From a virus, in IMG/VR virus record IMGVR_UViG_3300047471_000178, positions 1 through 64,000 of that record: a DNA stretch of 64,000 nucleotides; one strand, given 5' to 3'. The position numbers were made by a program, and so were the translations under genes. Below, one piece after another: positions 49,473-60,079 of the stretch. The stretch's first letter is position 1. The number at the start of each line of letters is the position of its first letter. Below the pieces are notes generated by a model. That model was not told the origin of the DNA, made no database searches, and was given only the letters and a program-made list of their open reading frames with translations.

Positions 49473-51148
49473 TGGCTAATAAAAACAAGTCGCCGCAACG
49501 ACCTGAGAAAAATCCAGGTGGTCCCATTGAAGCTTTTCCGTTTGGTTCGTTTGCAGTTGAATTTGCTGCATACTCATATTTGTCACAAGCACCATCTGCT
49601 ATGCCAAATATGTTGACGTTAAGTGGATCGGCTTGGTTTCGAATTCCATTTGGGCAAGCTCTACCTCTAGGGGTGGACGCTAATCCTACTTTGATCAATC
49701 TATTTGAGATATTGCCACCGGCTGCCACGTCATTTGGCGATGAGACTTGTTTTTTAGACATTTCTTATGATTCGGATTCTGGCAAAGCTTATATAACAAT
49801 CTTGCTCGAAACATCCGAGACGACTTACTACTGTCAAACGATTGATCCTGGATTCTCTGTTCCAAATCTTGCATACGGTAAATGGCATCACATAGCCTAT
49901 GCGGTAGACATAAATCACGCATCTTGTGTCGATATTAACACCGGGGCCTCTATTGACCCACCGATAGGAAATTTCGTCGTTGATGGGGTGAATTTTATCG
50001 TTGGAAATAATCAACAATATCCGTTTTCTCCACCCGGCCCTGGGGCAATGAATTGGTTTGGTTTTAATACAACTACGCCAATTCCTATAGCTCCAACTCC
50101 GCTCAATGGTCAGTTAATTGGTGTACCGACTCGCTTTGCTGCGGGTGGTGTATCCTCGGAACAATCCGAATGGCACCCAATTGTAGAATTGGGTGATTAT
50201 CAATTCTGGGCCGGAAAATATATTGATTTTAGCACCCCTTGGGGCGGTGGTTACAGTGTCAATCCAAACCAACCACAGGCCGGAGGAAGACCTGTTGATC
50301 TAGCACTACTCAATCAAGTTATGTATGCAGCACAGCAGGCTGGATTAAATCCAACCTATGTGTTTACAACAATGAATATTGAGAGTGCTTACGGTACACA
50401 AAAGGGTATCTTTAAAAATCCAACATCAACAGGTGACAATAGCACAGGTATCTTTTCGTTCAGCATCGATGCTATGGCTGCTACATTAGGCACCCCGGAT
50501 AATATGGGTTACGCTGGAGAGGTTTGGAAAAATCAAAATCAGTGGAATGCCTTTATGAATGCTAGTCTTAATGCAGCAGATATCCACGCTGTACCAACTT
50601 ATTCTTATATGTCTAATGCTTTACTCTGGAACGGGGTTCAATATGATACGACTGATCCATCTGGAAGATATGTTTATTTGGGTCAGTTAGGTATTGATAC
50701 TCAAACTACGTTGTTAAGCAGTGTACCAAGCACTGTTATAAATACTATTCAGGCACCAATACAGGGTTTCATACTTGACCAAGCATGGGCAGCGCCAGGG
50801 GGTAACCCGCCTAGTGAATATGGATTACCAAAAATACTTGCAACTGATACTCTAGCTGCTTGGTTTTCTAATTATAACACTTATTGGAATAATAAGATGA
50901 ATGATGCAAATTCTCGTATTTCAAGTACTAATTCAACCTATTTGAATGCTTTCATAACGCCCCCTGATTCTACAGGAAAGAGGTATCCAGTAGCACCCGT
51001 AGTTGCACAACAGTTGTTTGGAGCATCGAATTTCTTGTTTAGTGGTGATGCTACGATTAATGGCTTCCAAAAGAACAAGAACCAAGCAGAGGGTGGAGCG
51101 TTTACATTAAATAATGGACCGCTAATAAACGTTAGTCCACCACCATAG
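49472..51148 (+). CDS. tail-associated protein with LamG-like N-part and lysozyme/transglycosylase-like segment (putative)
   Basis: 'GKWHHIAYAVD' is LamG-like. 'FTTMNIESAYGTQKG...STGIFSFSIDA' loosely resembles an SLT catalytic Glu-Ser region. A+T-rich. Confidence 0.35.
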   Translation: MANKNKSPQRPEKNPGGPIEAFPFGSFAVEFAAYSYLSQAPSAMPNMLTLSGSAWFRIPFGQALPLGVDANPTLINLFEILPPAATSFGDETCFLDISYDSDSGKAYITILLETSETTYYCQTIDPGFSVPNLAYGKWHHIAYAVDINHASCVDINTGASIDPPIGNFVVDGVNFIVGNNQQYPFSPPGPGAMNWFGFNTTTPIPIAPTPLNGQLIGVPTRFAAGGVSSEQSEWHPIVELGDYQFWAGKYIDFSTPWGGGYSVNPNQPQAGGRPVDLALLNQVMYAAQQAGLNPTYVFTTMNIESAYGTQKGIFKNPTSTGDNSTGIFSFSIDAMAATLGTPDNMGYAGEVWKNQNQWNAFMNASLNAADIHAVPTYSYMSNALLWNGVQYDTTDPSGRYVYLGQLGIDTQTTLLSSVPSTVINTIQAPIQGFILDQAWAAPGGNPPSEYGLPKILATDTLAAWFSNYNTYWNNKMNDANSRISSTNSTYLNAFITPPDSTGKRYPVAPVVAQQLFGASNFLFSGDATINGFQKNKNQAEGGAFTLNNGPLINVSPPP

Positions 51149-51167
51149 AGCTATTCGGAGAACTAAA

Positions 51168-51506
51168 ATGACACTATTGCCAATTATAGTTACTTGCGCC
51201 GAAATGGCCTGCAATTATGCCTTCGGTAATGTAGATTGGAATAAAGGCTATGCCAGTGATCATTTTTACATGAAAGAAAGTGACAATACACAAGGGATAA
51301 TTATGAACGATGTAGACACAGAAGACTTTGCTCCACTTAAAGAGAAACAAGCCCGTAAGGCGTTGCGTGCAATCATTGGTAACAAGCCGGTACTTTGTTT
51401 TGGTATTAACAAGGCCCACGGTGGCCTAATTGGCACCTGTTTTACTAGTAAAAAAGCAGAACCTCAATTAAACATATCTGACGAAATGCACAAACGGGGG
51501 TTTTAA
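51168..51506 (+). CDS. hypothetical protein
   Basis: 112-aa A+T-rich ORF. Confidence 0.45.
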   Translation: MTLLPIIVTCAEMACNYAFGNVDWNKGYASDHFYMKESDNTQGIIMNDVDTEDFAPLKEKQARKALRAIIGNKPVLCFGINKAHGGLIGTCFTSKKAEPQLNISDEMHKRGF

Positions 51507-51808
51507 TGCCACAAACCGAATTTGGACCGACAAATATAGATCAGGGCAACCTAGCTGAGTTCGTCGCTGAGTTCTTCGATTCCAACCATAATGTCACGGT
51601 CCCAATCGGTGCCACTCTGAACGTAAGCTACACCAATATTAATAATGCATCTCAGACCGATAGTGTTACTATGGCGCAGATTAACAGTTTCTATGTGGCA
51701 ACATGGAGTTCGACTTCCGCTTCGTTTGGGCTTGCTAACTGGTCTATCACGGCAGCCGGTAACTCGTCGGCATCTCAGGTTGGACAGATCAGAGTGATAG
51801 ACCCATAA
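51506..51808 (+). CDS. hypothetical structural protein
   Basis: 100-aa ORF. Confidence 0.5.
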   Translation: MPQTEFGPTNIDQGNLAEFVAEFFDSNHNVTVPIGATLNVSYTNINNASQTDSVTMAQINSFYVATWSSTSASFGLANWSITAAGNSSASQVGQIRVIDP

Positions 51809-51831
51809 ACAGAAACGTAAAAAGGTGAACC

Positions 51832-52533
51832 ATGTTTGTTACGAACAACACCGTATCAAAGACCTTTAACTTCAACCCCTCCGGGGCTGAGTTCGTCTTG
51901 GCTGCCTTCGCCCGCCTTCAGGTTAAACCAGCCTCGATTACCCAAGACCATATGTTCAACGCCCGTATGGCGCTGAACTTCCTGCTGTCTGAATGGAGCA
52001 ACCAGACACCAAACTTATGGGAAGTCGGCCTTCAGACCATGCCCCTAACCCAAGGCGTTGGCACCTATTCTGTCCCGGCAGCCACTGTGATGATCCTGGA
52101 CCTCTATATCAGCACCGGCCTCAATCAACAGATCGACCGAATCTTATGGCCTGTGAGCCGTACTGAGTACGCTTCATACTCGAATAAGACCACACAGGGG
52201 ACGCCAACCGTATTCTGGTATGACCGACTGATTTCTCAGACAGTTACCTTCTTTCCTATTCCTGATGGCAATGGCCCTTACACGGTCAAGTTCTATTCCG
52301 TCCGGCAGACCAATGATGCCGATGTTGCGAATGGTTATAACGTGGAAATTCCCTATCGCTTTTATGAGGCTTACTGCTCTGGTTTAGCCTGGAAGTTATC
52401 GGAGATGTATGCGCCTCAGTTGGAAGACAAGCTCTTCGCCCGTTACCAGCGGGCATGGACGATAGCCGCAACCCAGGACACTGAAAATGTGCCCCTGGTT
52501 ATAATGCCAGGGATCGGATCATACTACTCATGA
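51832..52533 (+). CDS. head-tail adaptor-like protein (putative)
   Basis: 233 aa, first of four tail-proximal genes. 'VSRTEYASYSNKTTQGTPTVFWYD' is typical of podovirus adaptor-type proteins as I recall them. Confidence 0.35.
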   Translation: MFVTNNTVSKTFNFNPSGAEFVLAAFARLQVKPASITQDHMFNARMALNFLLSEWSNQTPNLWEVGLQTMPLTQGVGTYSVPAATVMILDLYISTGLNQQIDRILWPVSRTEYASYSNKTTQGTPTVFWYDRLISQTVTFFPIPDGNGPYTVKFYSVRQTNDADVANGYNVEIPYRFYEAYCSGLAWKLSEMYAPQLEDKLFARYQRAWTIAATQDTENVPLVIMPGIGSYYS

Positions 52534-53309
52534 GTCTTCGTCCACACGGAAGAGCAAGTATCAGCCCATCTCAACCGAGGGCGCTGGGAATTTGCGACCG
52601 TTGCGGATTTTTATACAATCACCACCAACTAAAATGGGCCATGGACTGGCGCGGGACCAAGCTCCAGAACCTCAGGTTCTTGGTGTGCGAGTCCTGCTAC
52701 GATCAGCCGCAGCAGAGCGGACAGAGGATTATCGTTCTTCCCGCCGATCCAGTCCCGATCCAGAATGCTCGCTCGGAAAACTATGTGAATGCCGATAACC
52801 CACTATCGGGGTTGAATGCCAATCCGAGTCCTGCCCGTTGGCAATTCAGCGGTCAGATCGGTAACATGACGGCTGCCGGTGGCGTCCCTGCCGCCTTTGA
52901 TGGAAGTGCTAACAAGCCGTCTTTCATGTCGGCCATGATAAGCACACCCAACTCCAGCTTTAATAACTACGTTGGAATCAACTGGTCTGGTCCCTTCGCT
53001 GCCATTACGCCGTCCAGCCTGAACTCTCCGGTTCTTTCCCATACGGTATCGTCCTTCACCATTACGGCACCGAATAACAGCACCTTTGGATCGACAGGCT
53101 ATGTCGTTCAGGGCTCTCAGGTGGATGCCGGTTGGGGGTCTTGGACAACAATTGCTTCCGGCAATACCGCTGGAACAGTTGGTGAAGTTATTACTGGAAC
53201 AGGAATAGGCGGACGCTACAATTTCCATAGAGTAGCTTTCTATGGAGGGGCGACAGCGATAGCCGTGGCCCAAATCTCACTTTCTGTCTCGGACGGGAGT
53301 AGCATCTGA
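52530..53309 (+). CDS. structural protein with N-terminal zinc ribbon
   Basis: 'CDRCGF...CESCYD'. ATGA overlap. Confidence 0.45.
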   Translation: MSLRPHGRASISPSQPRALGICDRCGFLYNHHQLKWAMDWRGTKLQNLRFLVCESCYDQPQQSGQRIIVLPADPVPIQNARSENYVNADNPLSGLNANPSPARWQFSGQIGNMTAAGGVPAAFDGSANKPSFMSAMISTPNSSFNNYVGINWSGPFAAITPSSLNSPVLSHTVSSFTITAPNNSTFGSTGYVVQGSQVDAGWGSWTTIASGNTAGTVGEVITGTGIGGRYNFHRVAFYGGATAIAVAQISLSVSDGSSI

Positions 53310-54022
53310 TGCCGTTAAACTATGGCACTTTCGTTTCACAGGCTGCCAACCTGATGGTCATCAGCAGTGCTGATCCTAACTTTACTACCATGCTTCCTGG
53401 GATGATCGATTATGCGGAGCAACGATCCTATCGTGAACTTGATCTTCTTCGCACACAAGTCACCGATGCCACTACAACCGTATCCAGCGGCAATAGAAAC
53501 TTCACGCTTCCTACTGGGATTGGTACATATATAATCACCGATAATATCAACATCATCACCCCATCCACGGCTACCGCACTAAATGGTACACGAGTTCAAC
53601 TGACTCCTGTCTCGCGTGAGTTCTTAGATATTACATATCCATCCGGTCAATTGGCCGTAGGTGTACCTGAGTTCTATGCCATGGCCTCAGATACTCAGGT
53701 TCTTTTTGGACCGGCCCCGGATGCCCCGTATGTTGCAGAGGTTATTGGAGTTCAACGACCAACACCTCTGACATCAGCTAATTCCAGCACCATTCTTACA
53801 CAGTATGTCCCTGATCTTTTCATGGCTGCGGCCATGGTCTATGGGTTTGGATATATGCGTGATTTCGGTGGGCAGTCTGATAATCCGCAGGGAGCACAGT
53901 CGTGGGAAAATCAATATAAGTCACTATTTGCATCAGCGGCTACCGAGCAGGCCCGTGCTAAATTTGAGTCAAATGGATGGACTTCAAATTCCCCGGCACC
54001 ATTAGCAGCGCAACCGAGATAG
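53309..54022 (+). CDS. structural protein
   Basis: 237-aa ORF. Confidence 0.5.
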   Translation: MPLNYGTFVSQAANLMVISSADPNFTTMLPGMIDYAEQRSYRELDLLRTQVTDATTTVSSGNRNFTLPTGIGTYIITDNINIITPSTATALNGTRVQLTPVSREFLDITYPSGQLAVGVPEFYAMASDTQVLFGPAPDAPYVAEVIGVQRPTPLTSANSSTILTQYVPDLFMAAAMVYGFGYMRDFGGQSDNPQGAQSWENQYKSLFASAATEQARAKFESNGWTSNSPAPLAAQPR

Positions 54023-54032
54023 GATTGCCTAA

Positions 54033-56054
54033 ATGCCATTTGGTGCTGTCCAATTAAAGCCAGGAGTTGATGTCGAGAAGACATTTTCTGCGAATGAAGC
54101 TGGTATTTCTCAGGCTCAACTGATCCGCTTTAAGAATGGAATGGTTCAGTCCTATGGCGGGTGGACTAAATTCAATCCCACCTCTGTTGGCTCTACCGTG
54201 CGCGATCTTCATGCATGGCGTGGATTTACATCGGATCAACACATTGGGATCGGATGCACTCAATCCCTGACTATCTACCATTCCGATACACAGAGCTATT
54301 CCAACGTAACCCCGCAGACTACAACCAATAATCCGGTTCCAAACTTTTCCATCTCATCTGGCAGCAATCAAGTTACAGTCGTTGATCCTAACAGTGGACC
54401 GTCGATCTATAATACGGTGTTTTTCAATACCCCTGTTGCAGTTGGAAACCTGCTTCTTAATGGTGGGTATCAGATTACAACGGTTTTAAGCACTGGTTCG
54501 TATGTCATCAATTCAAGCATCGCGGCCAGCACCACAATCGTAAGTTCCGGAATTCTTCCCATCTTCAATACAAGCTCTGGAAATGCCCTAATCACCACCA
54601 CTCTTCCTAACAACAACTTTTTTGAAATCACCGGGTTGCTCTATGATTTTTATGCCCCAACGACAGTTGGTGGTCTCACGATTCAGGGTCCGTATAGTAT
54701 TTCATCCATAATAGACTCAACGACATTTACAATAACGGCAGGAACCCAGGCGACGGCAACGGCTGCATCGACAATGAATGCAGGGTTGGCCCAACTTGTT
54801 TATTACATCGCTATCGGACCACAAGCTATTGGCTCCGGGTTTGGCGCGGGGGCATTTGGTGACGGTGGTTTTGGAACAGGAACTGCCACAACAGGAACAC
54901 CTGGGACTCCGATCACGACCACAAACTGGAGCCAGGATAACTGGGGCGAATTTCTGCTTGCCTGTCCGTCTAACGGTGCAATTTACAAGTGGTCAATGGA
55001 TAGCGGGTTGCAGACCGCGCAAGTCATCAATCAAGCGCCATTCTTCAATGGCGGTATCTTTGTTTCAATGCCGCAGCAAATCTTGGTTGCGTGGAAATCC
55101 GTTCAGAGTACCGGAACGCAAGACAACATGGTTGTCAGGTGGTGCGATGCTGGTGACTTCACTAATTGGGCGGTAACGAGTCAAACTGCTGCTGGCAGTT
55201 TCCACATTCCTACCGGCTCAGTCATTATTGGGGGACTACAGGCACCGAATTATGGACTGATCTGGACCGATGTAGATGTTTGGGTCATGCAATATGTCGG
55301 CGGTGATGTCATCTTCAATTTCACTCGTGTTGGTTCCGGGTGTGGTCTTATAGGTCAACATGCTGCCGGGGTCATCAATGGTTCTGTCTATTGGTGTGGG
55401 TTGGACAATTTCTTTACCATAACGCCCAATGGTGTGACTCCAATTCCATGCACGGTCTGGGACTTTATCTTTCAGAACATTAACTCAGCGAATGCATCCA
55501 AGGTCCAGTGTGCTCCCAACAGCGTATTCAATGAGATCATGTGGTTGTTTCCCGCAGGGGGGTCCACCGAGAACAACGCTTACGTCAAATTGAATGTCGT
55601 TGAGAATAGCTGGGATTATGGATTTATAGACAGAACGGCCTGGATGGATGTCTCTATCTTTGGCAATCCAATAGCTGCGGATTCTGGTGGCTTTCTCTGG
55701 CAGCATGAGAATGGAACACTTAATCCTGGGGCTGGAAACCCATCCTTTACCACTGGCTGGTGGGCCATCAGTGAGGGCAGCGAACTGTCGTTTGTGGATT
55801 ACGTCATTCCAGACTTCAAGTGGGGATTCTATGGCGGTTCGCAGAATACATCTGTAAACATAACCTTCTATAGCGCCGACTATCCTGGTGATGTGCCACG
55901 ATCCTACGGGCCTTATACTGTTACGCAAGGCACAGAATATCTAACGCCGAGAATTCGTGGTAGATTGATGCAAGTTGCGGTTCAAAGCCTGAATGAAGGG
56001 TTCTTCAGGCTAGGCAGAATTCGCTATCGCTATGCTCCGGCAGGACGAAGGTAA
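54033..56054 (+). CDS. tail tube/nozzle-like protein (putative)
   Basis: 673 aa. 'LKPGVDVEKTFSANEAGISQAQLIRFKNGMVQSYGGWTKF' is an N-terminus typical of podovirus tail hub proteins as I recall them. Confidence 0.4.
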   Translation: MPFGAVQLKPGVDVEKTFSANEAGISQAQLIRFKNGMVQSYGGWTKFNPTSVGSTVRDLHAWRGFTSDQHIGIGCTQSLTIYHSDTQSYSNVTPQTTTNNPVPNFSISSGSNQVTVVDPNSGPSIYNTVFFNTPVAVGNLLLNGGYQITTVLSTGSYVINSSIAASTTIVSSGILPIFNTSSGNALITTTLPNNNFFEITGLLYDFYAPTTVGGLTIQGPYSISSIIDSTTFTITAGTQATATAASTMNAGLAQLVYYIAIGPQAIGSGFGAGAFGDGGFGTGTATTGTPGTPITTTNWSQDNWGEFLLACPSNGAIYKWSMDSGLQTAQVINQAPFFNGGIFVSMPQQILVAWKSVQSTGTQDNMVVRWCDAGDFTNWAVTSQTAAGSFHIPTGSVIIGGLQAPNYGLIWTDVDVWVMQYVGGDVIFNFTRVGSGCGLIGQHAAGVINGSVYWCGLDNFFTITPNGVTPIPCTVWDFIFQNINSANASKVQCAPNSVFNEIMWLFPAGGSTENNAYVKLNVVENSWDYGFIDRTAWMDVSIFGNPIAADSGGFLWQHENGTLNPGAGNPSFTTGWWAISEGSELSFVDYVIPDFKWGFYGGSQNTSVNITFYSADYPGDVPRSYGPYTVTQGTEYLTPRIRGRLMQVAVQSLNEGFFRLGRIRYRYAPAGRR

Positions 56055-56281
56055 TGGCTATTGGACTAAGCGATATTCTATCTGCCCTTCAGAATGGAGT
56101 TACCGCCATTCAAGGGCTACAGAAGCAGCTTGCCACATCGTTTCCACCTATTACGGCACCATCATCCATTTCCCCGGCCATTGGGACAATCACCTATCAG
56201 TCTTCCTTGGTGGCCGCTTTTGGTCTTGTAACAACCAGTTCCGGAGCGACTTACCGGATAGCACTTCTACCTAGCAGTTAG
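56054..56281 (+). CDS. small structural protein
   Basis: 75-aa ORF. Confidence 0.45.
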   Translation: MAIGLSDILSALQNGVTAIQGLQKQLATSFPPITAPSSISPAIGTITYQSSLVAAFGLVTTSSGATYRIALLPSS

Positions 56282-56289
56282 AGGCACCT

Positions 56290-57195
56290 ATGGGCTTTAC
56301 AGCAAATAAAAACCTAGAGCAGGTTGCTCGCGGTGCAGACGTTGGAACGTGGGATACACCGACTAATTCCAATTGGGGAATTGTTGATAATTCTCTTGGT
56401 GGCATTGCCTCGATTCCTCTTACTAATGCTCCGGTAACCCTTAGTGCCGCTCAATATCAATGTGCTTTCATAACATTCACTGGAGCGCTGACTGGCAATG
56501 TAACAGTCACGTTTCCCGCAGTTGGAAGCTTTTATACAATCCAGAATCTAACGTCCAATACATCTGCATTTCAGGTTACATTAACCACTGGCGGCGGTCA
56601 GAATGTTGGAACCCCATGGGGTGAGCCATGCGATGTTTTTACCGATGGGACAAATGTTAAATTCAGAAATATGGGTCGCATAGGAACGTACTGGGATTAT
56701 TCTGGATCGTCTATCCCGGCTTGGGTAAGTGCATGTACCATCCCACCCTATCTTAATTGTGATGGCACATCATTCTCATCTGCAACATATCCTATTCTTT
56801 ATACCGTCTTAGGAGGCACCAACACTCTTCCTGATGCAAGGGGGCGGACTAGATTATCTCTTAATCAGGGAACTGCTAGAATTACGGTTGGTATTTCTGG
56901 ATTAGATGGAGATACCCTGCTTGCTTCTGGTGGCGATCAATCTCTGCAAAGTCACTCACATACCGGCAATACGGGGGGTGAAAGCGCACTTCATACACAT
57001 TCATTTGGTGTTGTTGCAGCAGGTGCAGCAGTACAAGGAGGCCCCAACTCTATACCAGGAAATGGTTCCGGAACTACTGGCACAGAAAGTAATAGTCATA
57101 CACACTCATTCGTGACTGACGGAAGTGGCTCAGGCGGATCGCAAAATATTCAGCCCTCATACGTTGGTGGCATTACCATGATTCGGAGTGCCTAA
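56290..57195 (+). CDS. tail fibre protein with phage tail-collar domain
   Basis: 'YLNCDGTSFSSATYPILYTVLGGTNTLPDARGRT' is the collar motif. His-rich 'SHSHTGNTGGESALHTHSF...SHTHSF'. Confidence 0.7.
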   Translation: MGFTANKNLEQVARGADVGTWDTPTNSNWGIVDNSLGGIASIPLTNAPVTLSAAQYQCAFITFTGALTGNVTVTFPAVGSFYTIQNLTSNTSAFQVTLTTGGGQNVGTPWGEPCDVFTDGTNVKFRNMGRIGTYWDYSGSSIPAWVSACTIPPYLNCDGTSFSSATYPILYTVLGGTNTLPDARGRTRLSLNQGTARITVGISGLDGDTLLASGGDQSLQSHSHTGNTGGESALHTHSFGVVAAGAAVQGGPNSIPGNGSGTTGTESNSHTHSFVTDGSGSGGSQNIQPSYVGGITMIRSA

Positions 57196-59556
57196 GTGCC
57201 ATATAAGTCCCGCGCCCAAGCCGCCTACTTCAATATTCATCGAAGGGAGATGGAAGCACAGGGCGTCAATGTGGACGAATGGAATAGTGCATCTCGTGGG
57301 AAGCATCTACCTAAGCATCTAGCGAGCGGTGGCGATTCCGATGAAGGCGAGTCATGGTCACCGCCAGCAGAGCCATTCGAGTCCGGATATCCTGAGCAGA
57401 AACCGACCACTAGGGAATTACTCGCCAAGCGCCCACCGATAGCGCCGCTTCCTGGAAAGCAGAGCCTCACCCAATACACCCCGACAGCCAGAGAGAGTCT
57501 TTCCAACTGGCTCATGGGAGATCATCCGTCTCCCTTGCGTAAGGAGATGGTGGGCAAGCTTACCGGCTCCGAGGGTGCCGGATCAGGCATGGGTGCGTTG
57601 GACTTCATCCCCGGAGTAGGTAACGCCTTCCAGGCCCAAGAGTCGGCCCAGCATGGCTCTCCCATGGGCGTTGCCATGGCCATGATGCCAGGAAGGGGAG
57701 CGGCGCTTGAGAGACAGGCCGACAGTCTGCTTGCGAGAGAGACCCAAGCCGTAACGCAGAAGGCCCCTACCTGGATTGAGAAGCCAGGTTCTCCGCAATC
57801 CGATATCGAACGACGAGCACAATCGGCTACCGAAGCAACCAAGGATATCCTTGCTGAGAAGAATCCTGAGCTAGGCGAGCCAATGAGCCCATTGCAGGCT
57901 CCGCCAGAGAAGCCTGCCGTTGATATAACTCCCGGTCCAGCACCGACTCCGCGTGAGACCCTTGGCAATATCTACCAGCAGAAGTTTGCCGGTAAGACAC
58001 CAGAGGAGATCAGGGGAGCGCCGCAGGAACAACCCGCTGCCCCGCCACAACCTAATCCGGCTTCCGTACCAGAAGAGGCGAGGCCATTTACCCAGGAAGG
58101 GATTAAGGGCGTTCTAGGCCCTGCCACCCGTAAGGGCTTCCAGAGAACCGACAGGCCATTAGTGGAGCCTCGTGGCTCTCCTGATGAACTTATCTATCAC
58201 CGGGATCAAGGTAGCAATTACGGCTATTCACCCGGAGACGTATCCAAGTATCTTGCCCATGAATGGGCTTCTAGGAACGACCCCTCCTATAATCCGAAGA
58301 TTGGCAATCTGACCGAGAGTGATTTTGTCGGTGCCTTCAAGCAGTTACAGCAGGAGAAAGAGAAATACGGCAATCCTCGGCCTATGGCTCAGCATGAGGC
58401 GAGCGTCTTCAATCTAGGGAAACTGTCCGGTGATCTGGACTCACAGGTAGCACCCATAAGACAATGGGCAGCCACTCAGCCCACCAAGACTAGGGACTTC
58501 ATCAACGACAAGCTCGACCAGCATCTCGATAGATTGCCCCTTGTCAGGCAGATACAGGACGACGTTACAGCGGCAGCCAAGAACATCCGTGAGATTGAGG
58601 CCGGACGACAGCCCATTGACTGGAGTCTGCCATCGGTTGCCCAAAGCAAGAGGTACATTACCAACAAGGTAGCCGAGGGCAACAAGCTCCTGAACGGCAT
58701 GATGAGCAATCTCAAGCCTAAGATGGCTGCCGCCTATAAGAGTTTTACTGCAAAGCCTGCTAGGGATAAATCCTGGACAGGAATGGAGACCCCTAAAGAG
58801 GGTGAATGGACGGAACGCCTATGGCGGGAAAGAAAAAAGGAGCCACAGATGAAACGCGGCGGCTCAATCAGAACGGCCAAGAAGTACGCATCGGGTGGTG
58901 GCATGGATTCCTGGATGATGCATCAGGCATCCCGCAACCTTCACTATGAGGGCATGATTAAATCCGGTGTTCCCGGAAGGACTGACAAGCTTCCGATGAG
59001 CGTCCCGTCAGGGTCCTATGTTCTGCCAGCCGATATACCGAGTGCTCTGGGTCAGGGTAACTCCATTGCAGGCGGTCACATCTTACAGAAGATGTTCAGC
59101 AGTGGACCTGGTGGTATGCCGTTACCAAAGATGGGTGGTGGCAGGCCAAATATGCCGCGCTTGAATCTCCGTCCTCAGCGTATGCCAAAATCACCATTTG
59201 CTTCCGGTGGTTCCGCACTTGCTAATTATCGGCCAACCATACCATGGAACAAAGACCCAGCTAGACAGATGAGGGGAGTTATTAACCCAGATCAGTCTAA
59301 AGGCATCGTGGAAGATCAAAGGGCCGAACCTGAAGGGAGCGTTAAGCAGCCAGTCGAGCGTCAGTTGGCCAAGGGTGGAAAAGCTACCGTTCCCATCATC
59401 GCGGCTGGTGGAGAGTTCATCATTCATCCAGATGTGGTTAAGGACCTAGGCCATGGGGACATTAATGCTGGCCATAAGGTCCTCGATCAATTCGTCCTAC
59501 ATACCAGACAGAAACACATCAGCACCCTGAAGAATCTACCAGGACCAAAGAAGTGA
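57196..59556 (+). CDS. large internal virion/ejection-type protein
   Basis: 786 aa of low-complexity Pro/Gln/Gly-rich sequence with several A-x-GG motifs. GTG start. Confidence 0.45.
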   Translation: MPYKSRAQAAYFNIHRREMEAQGVNVDEWNSASRGKHLPKHLASGGDSDEGESWSPPAEPFESGYPEQKPTTRELLAKRPPIAPLPGKQSLTQYTPTARESLSNWLMGDHPSPLRKEMVGKLTGSEGAGSGMGALDFIPGVGNAFQAQESAQHGSPMGVAMAMMPGRGAALERQADSLLARETQAVTQKAPTWIEKPGSPQSDIERRAQSATEATKDILAEKNPELGEPMSPLQAPPEKPAVDITPGPAPTPRETLGNIYQQKFAGKTPEEIRGAPQEQPAAPPQPNPASVPEEARPFTQEGIKGVLGPATRKGFQRTDRPLVEPRGSPDELIYHRDQGSNYGYSPGDVSKYLAHEWASRNDPSYNPKIGNLTESDFVGAFKQLQQEKEKYGNPRPMAQHEASVFNLGKLSGDLDSQVAPIRQWAATQPTKTRDFINDKLDQHLDRLPLVRQIQDDVTAAAKNIREIEAGRQPIDWSLPSVAQSKRYITNKVAEGNKLLNGMMSNLKPKMAAAYKSFTAKPARDKSWTGMETPKEGEWTERLWRERKKEPQMKRGGSIRTAKKYASGGGMDSWMMHQASRNLHYEGMIKSGVPGRTDKLPMSVPSGSYVLPADIPSALGQGNSIAGGHILQKMFSSGPGGMPLPKMGGGRPNMPRLNLRPQRMPKSPFASGGSALANYRPTIPWNKDPARQMRGVINPDQSKGIVEDQRAEPEGSVKQPVERQLAKGGKATVPIIAAGGEFIIHPDVVKDLGHGDINAGHKVLDQFVLHTRQKHISTLKNLPGPKK

Positions 59557-60062
59557 CCCCATCCACCGTTCGCATAGCTACCCCCGCAGACCATCAGGAA
59601 GTGTGGCGTCTATTCCTTATGGGTCACAACGAGAATGGGTTGTTCCCGCTTGCTCCCGATAAGGTCGAATTCTTCATACAGCGGGCGCTTAACCCAAGCC
59701 TCATCCCTCCAGGAGATACAGGACCAAGAGGTGTTATCGGGGTAATAGGTCCGGTCGGGGCCTTAGAAGGTATTGTATTCGTTACGATCAGTTGTTTCTG
59801 GTACACTCATGCCAAGAACCTTGATGAGTTTATTGTTTATGTTGATCCTGAGTGCAGAAAATCAGGTCACGCCCAAGCATTAGTCGAGTGGATGAAGAAT
59901 CAGGTAGAGATAACCGGCCTGCCGCTCATGACCGGAATCATCTCCAATACTAGAACAGAAGCCAAATGTCGGCTATACCGGCGTATGTTACCTAAAATCG
60001 GGGAGTTTTTCTATCTAGGCCCCAAGGGCTCAGCCCCGGCCCTCGTTGCTGTCAGTTCTTAG
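59553..60062 (+). CDS. GNAT-fold acetyltransferase-like protein
   Basis: 'FIVYVDPECRKSGHAQALVEWM' is an R-x-x-G-x-A motif A context. Confidence 0.45.
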   Translation: MTPSTVRIATPADHQEVWRLFLMGHNENGLFPLAPDKVEFFIQRALNPSLIPPGDTGPRGVIGVIGPVGALEGIVFVTISCFWYTHAKNLDEFIVYVDPECRKSGHAQALVEWMKNQVEITGLPLMTGIISNTRTEAKCRLYRRMLPKIGEFFYLGPKGSAPALVAVSS

Positions 60063-60079
60063 GGAACAAAAGGTGAACT

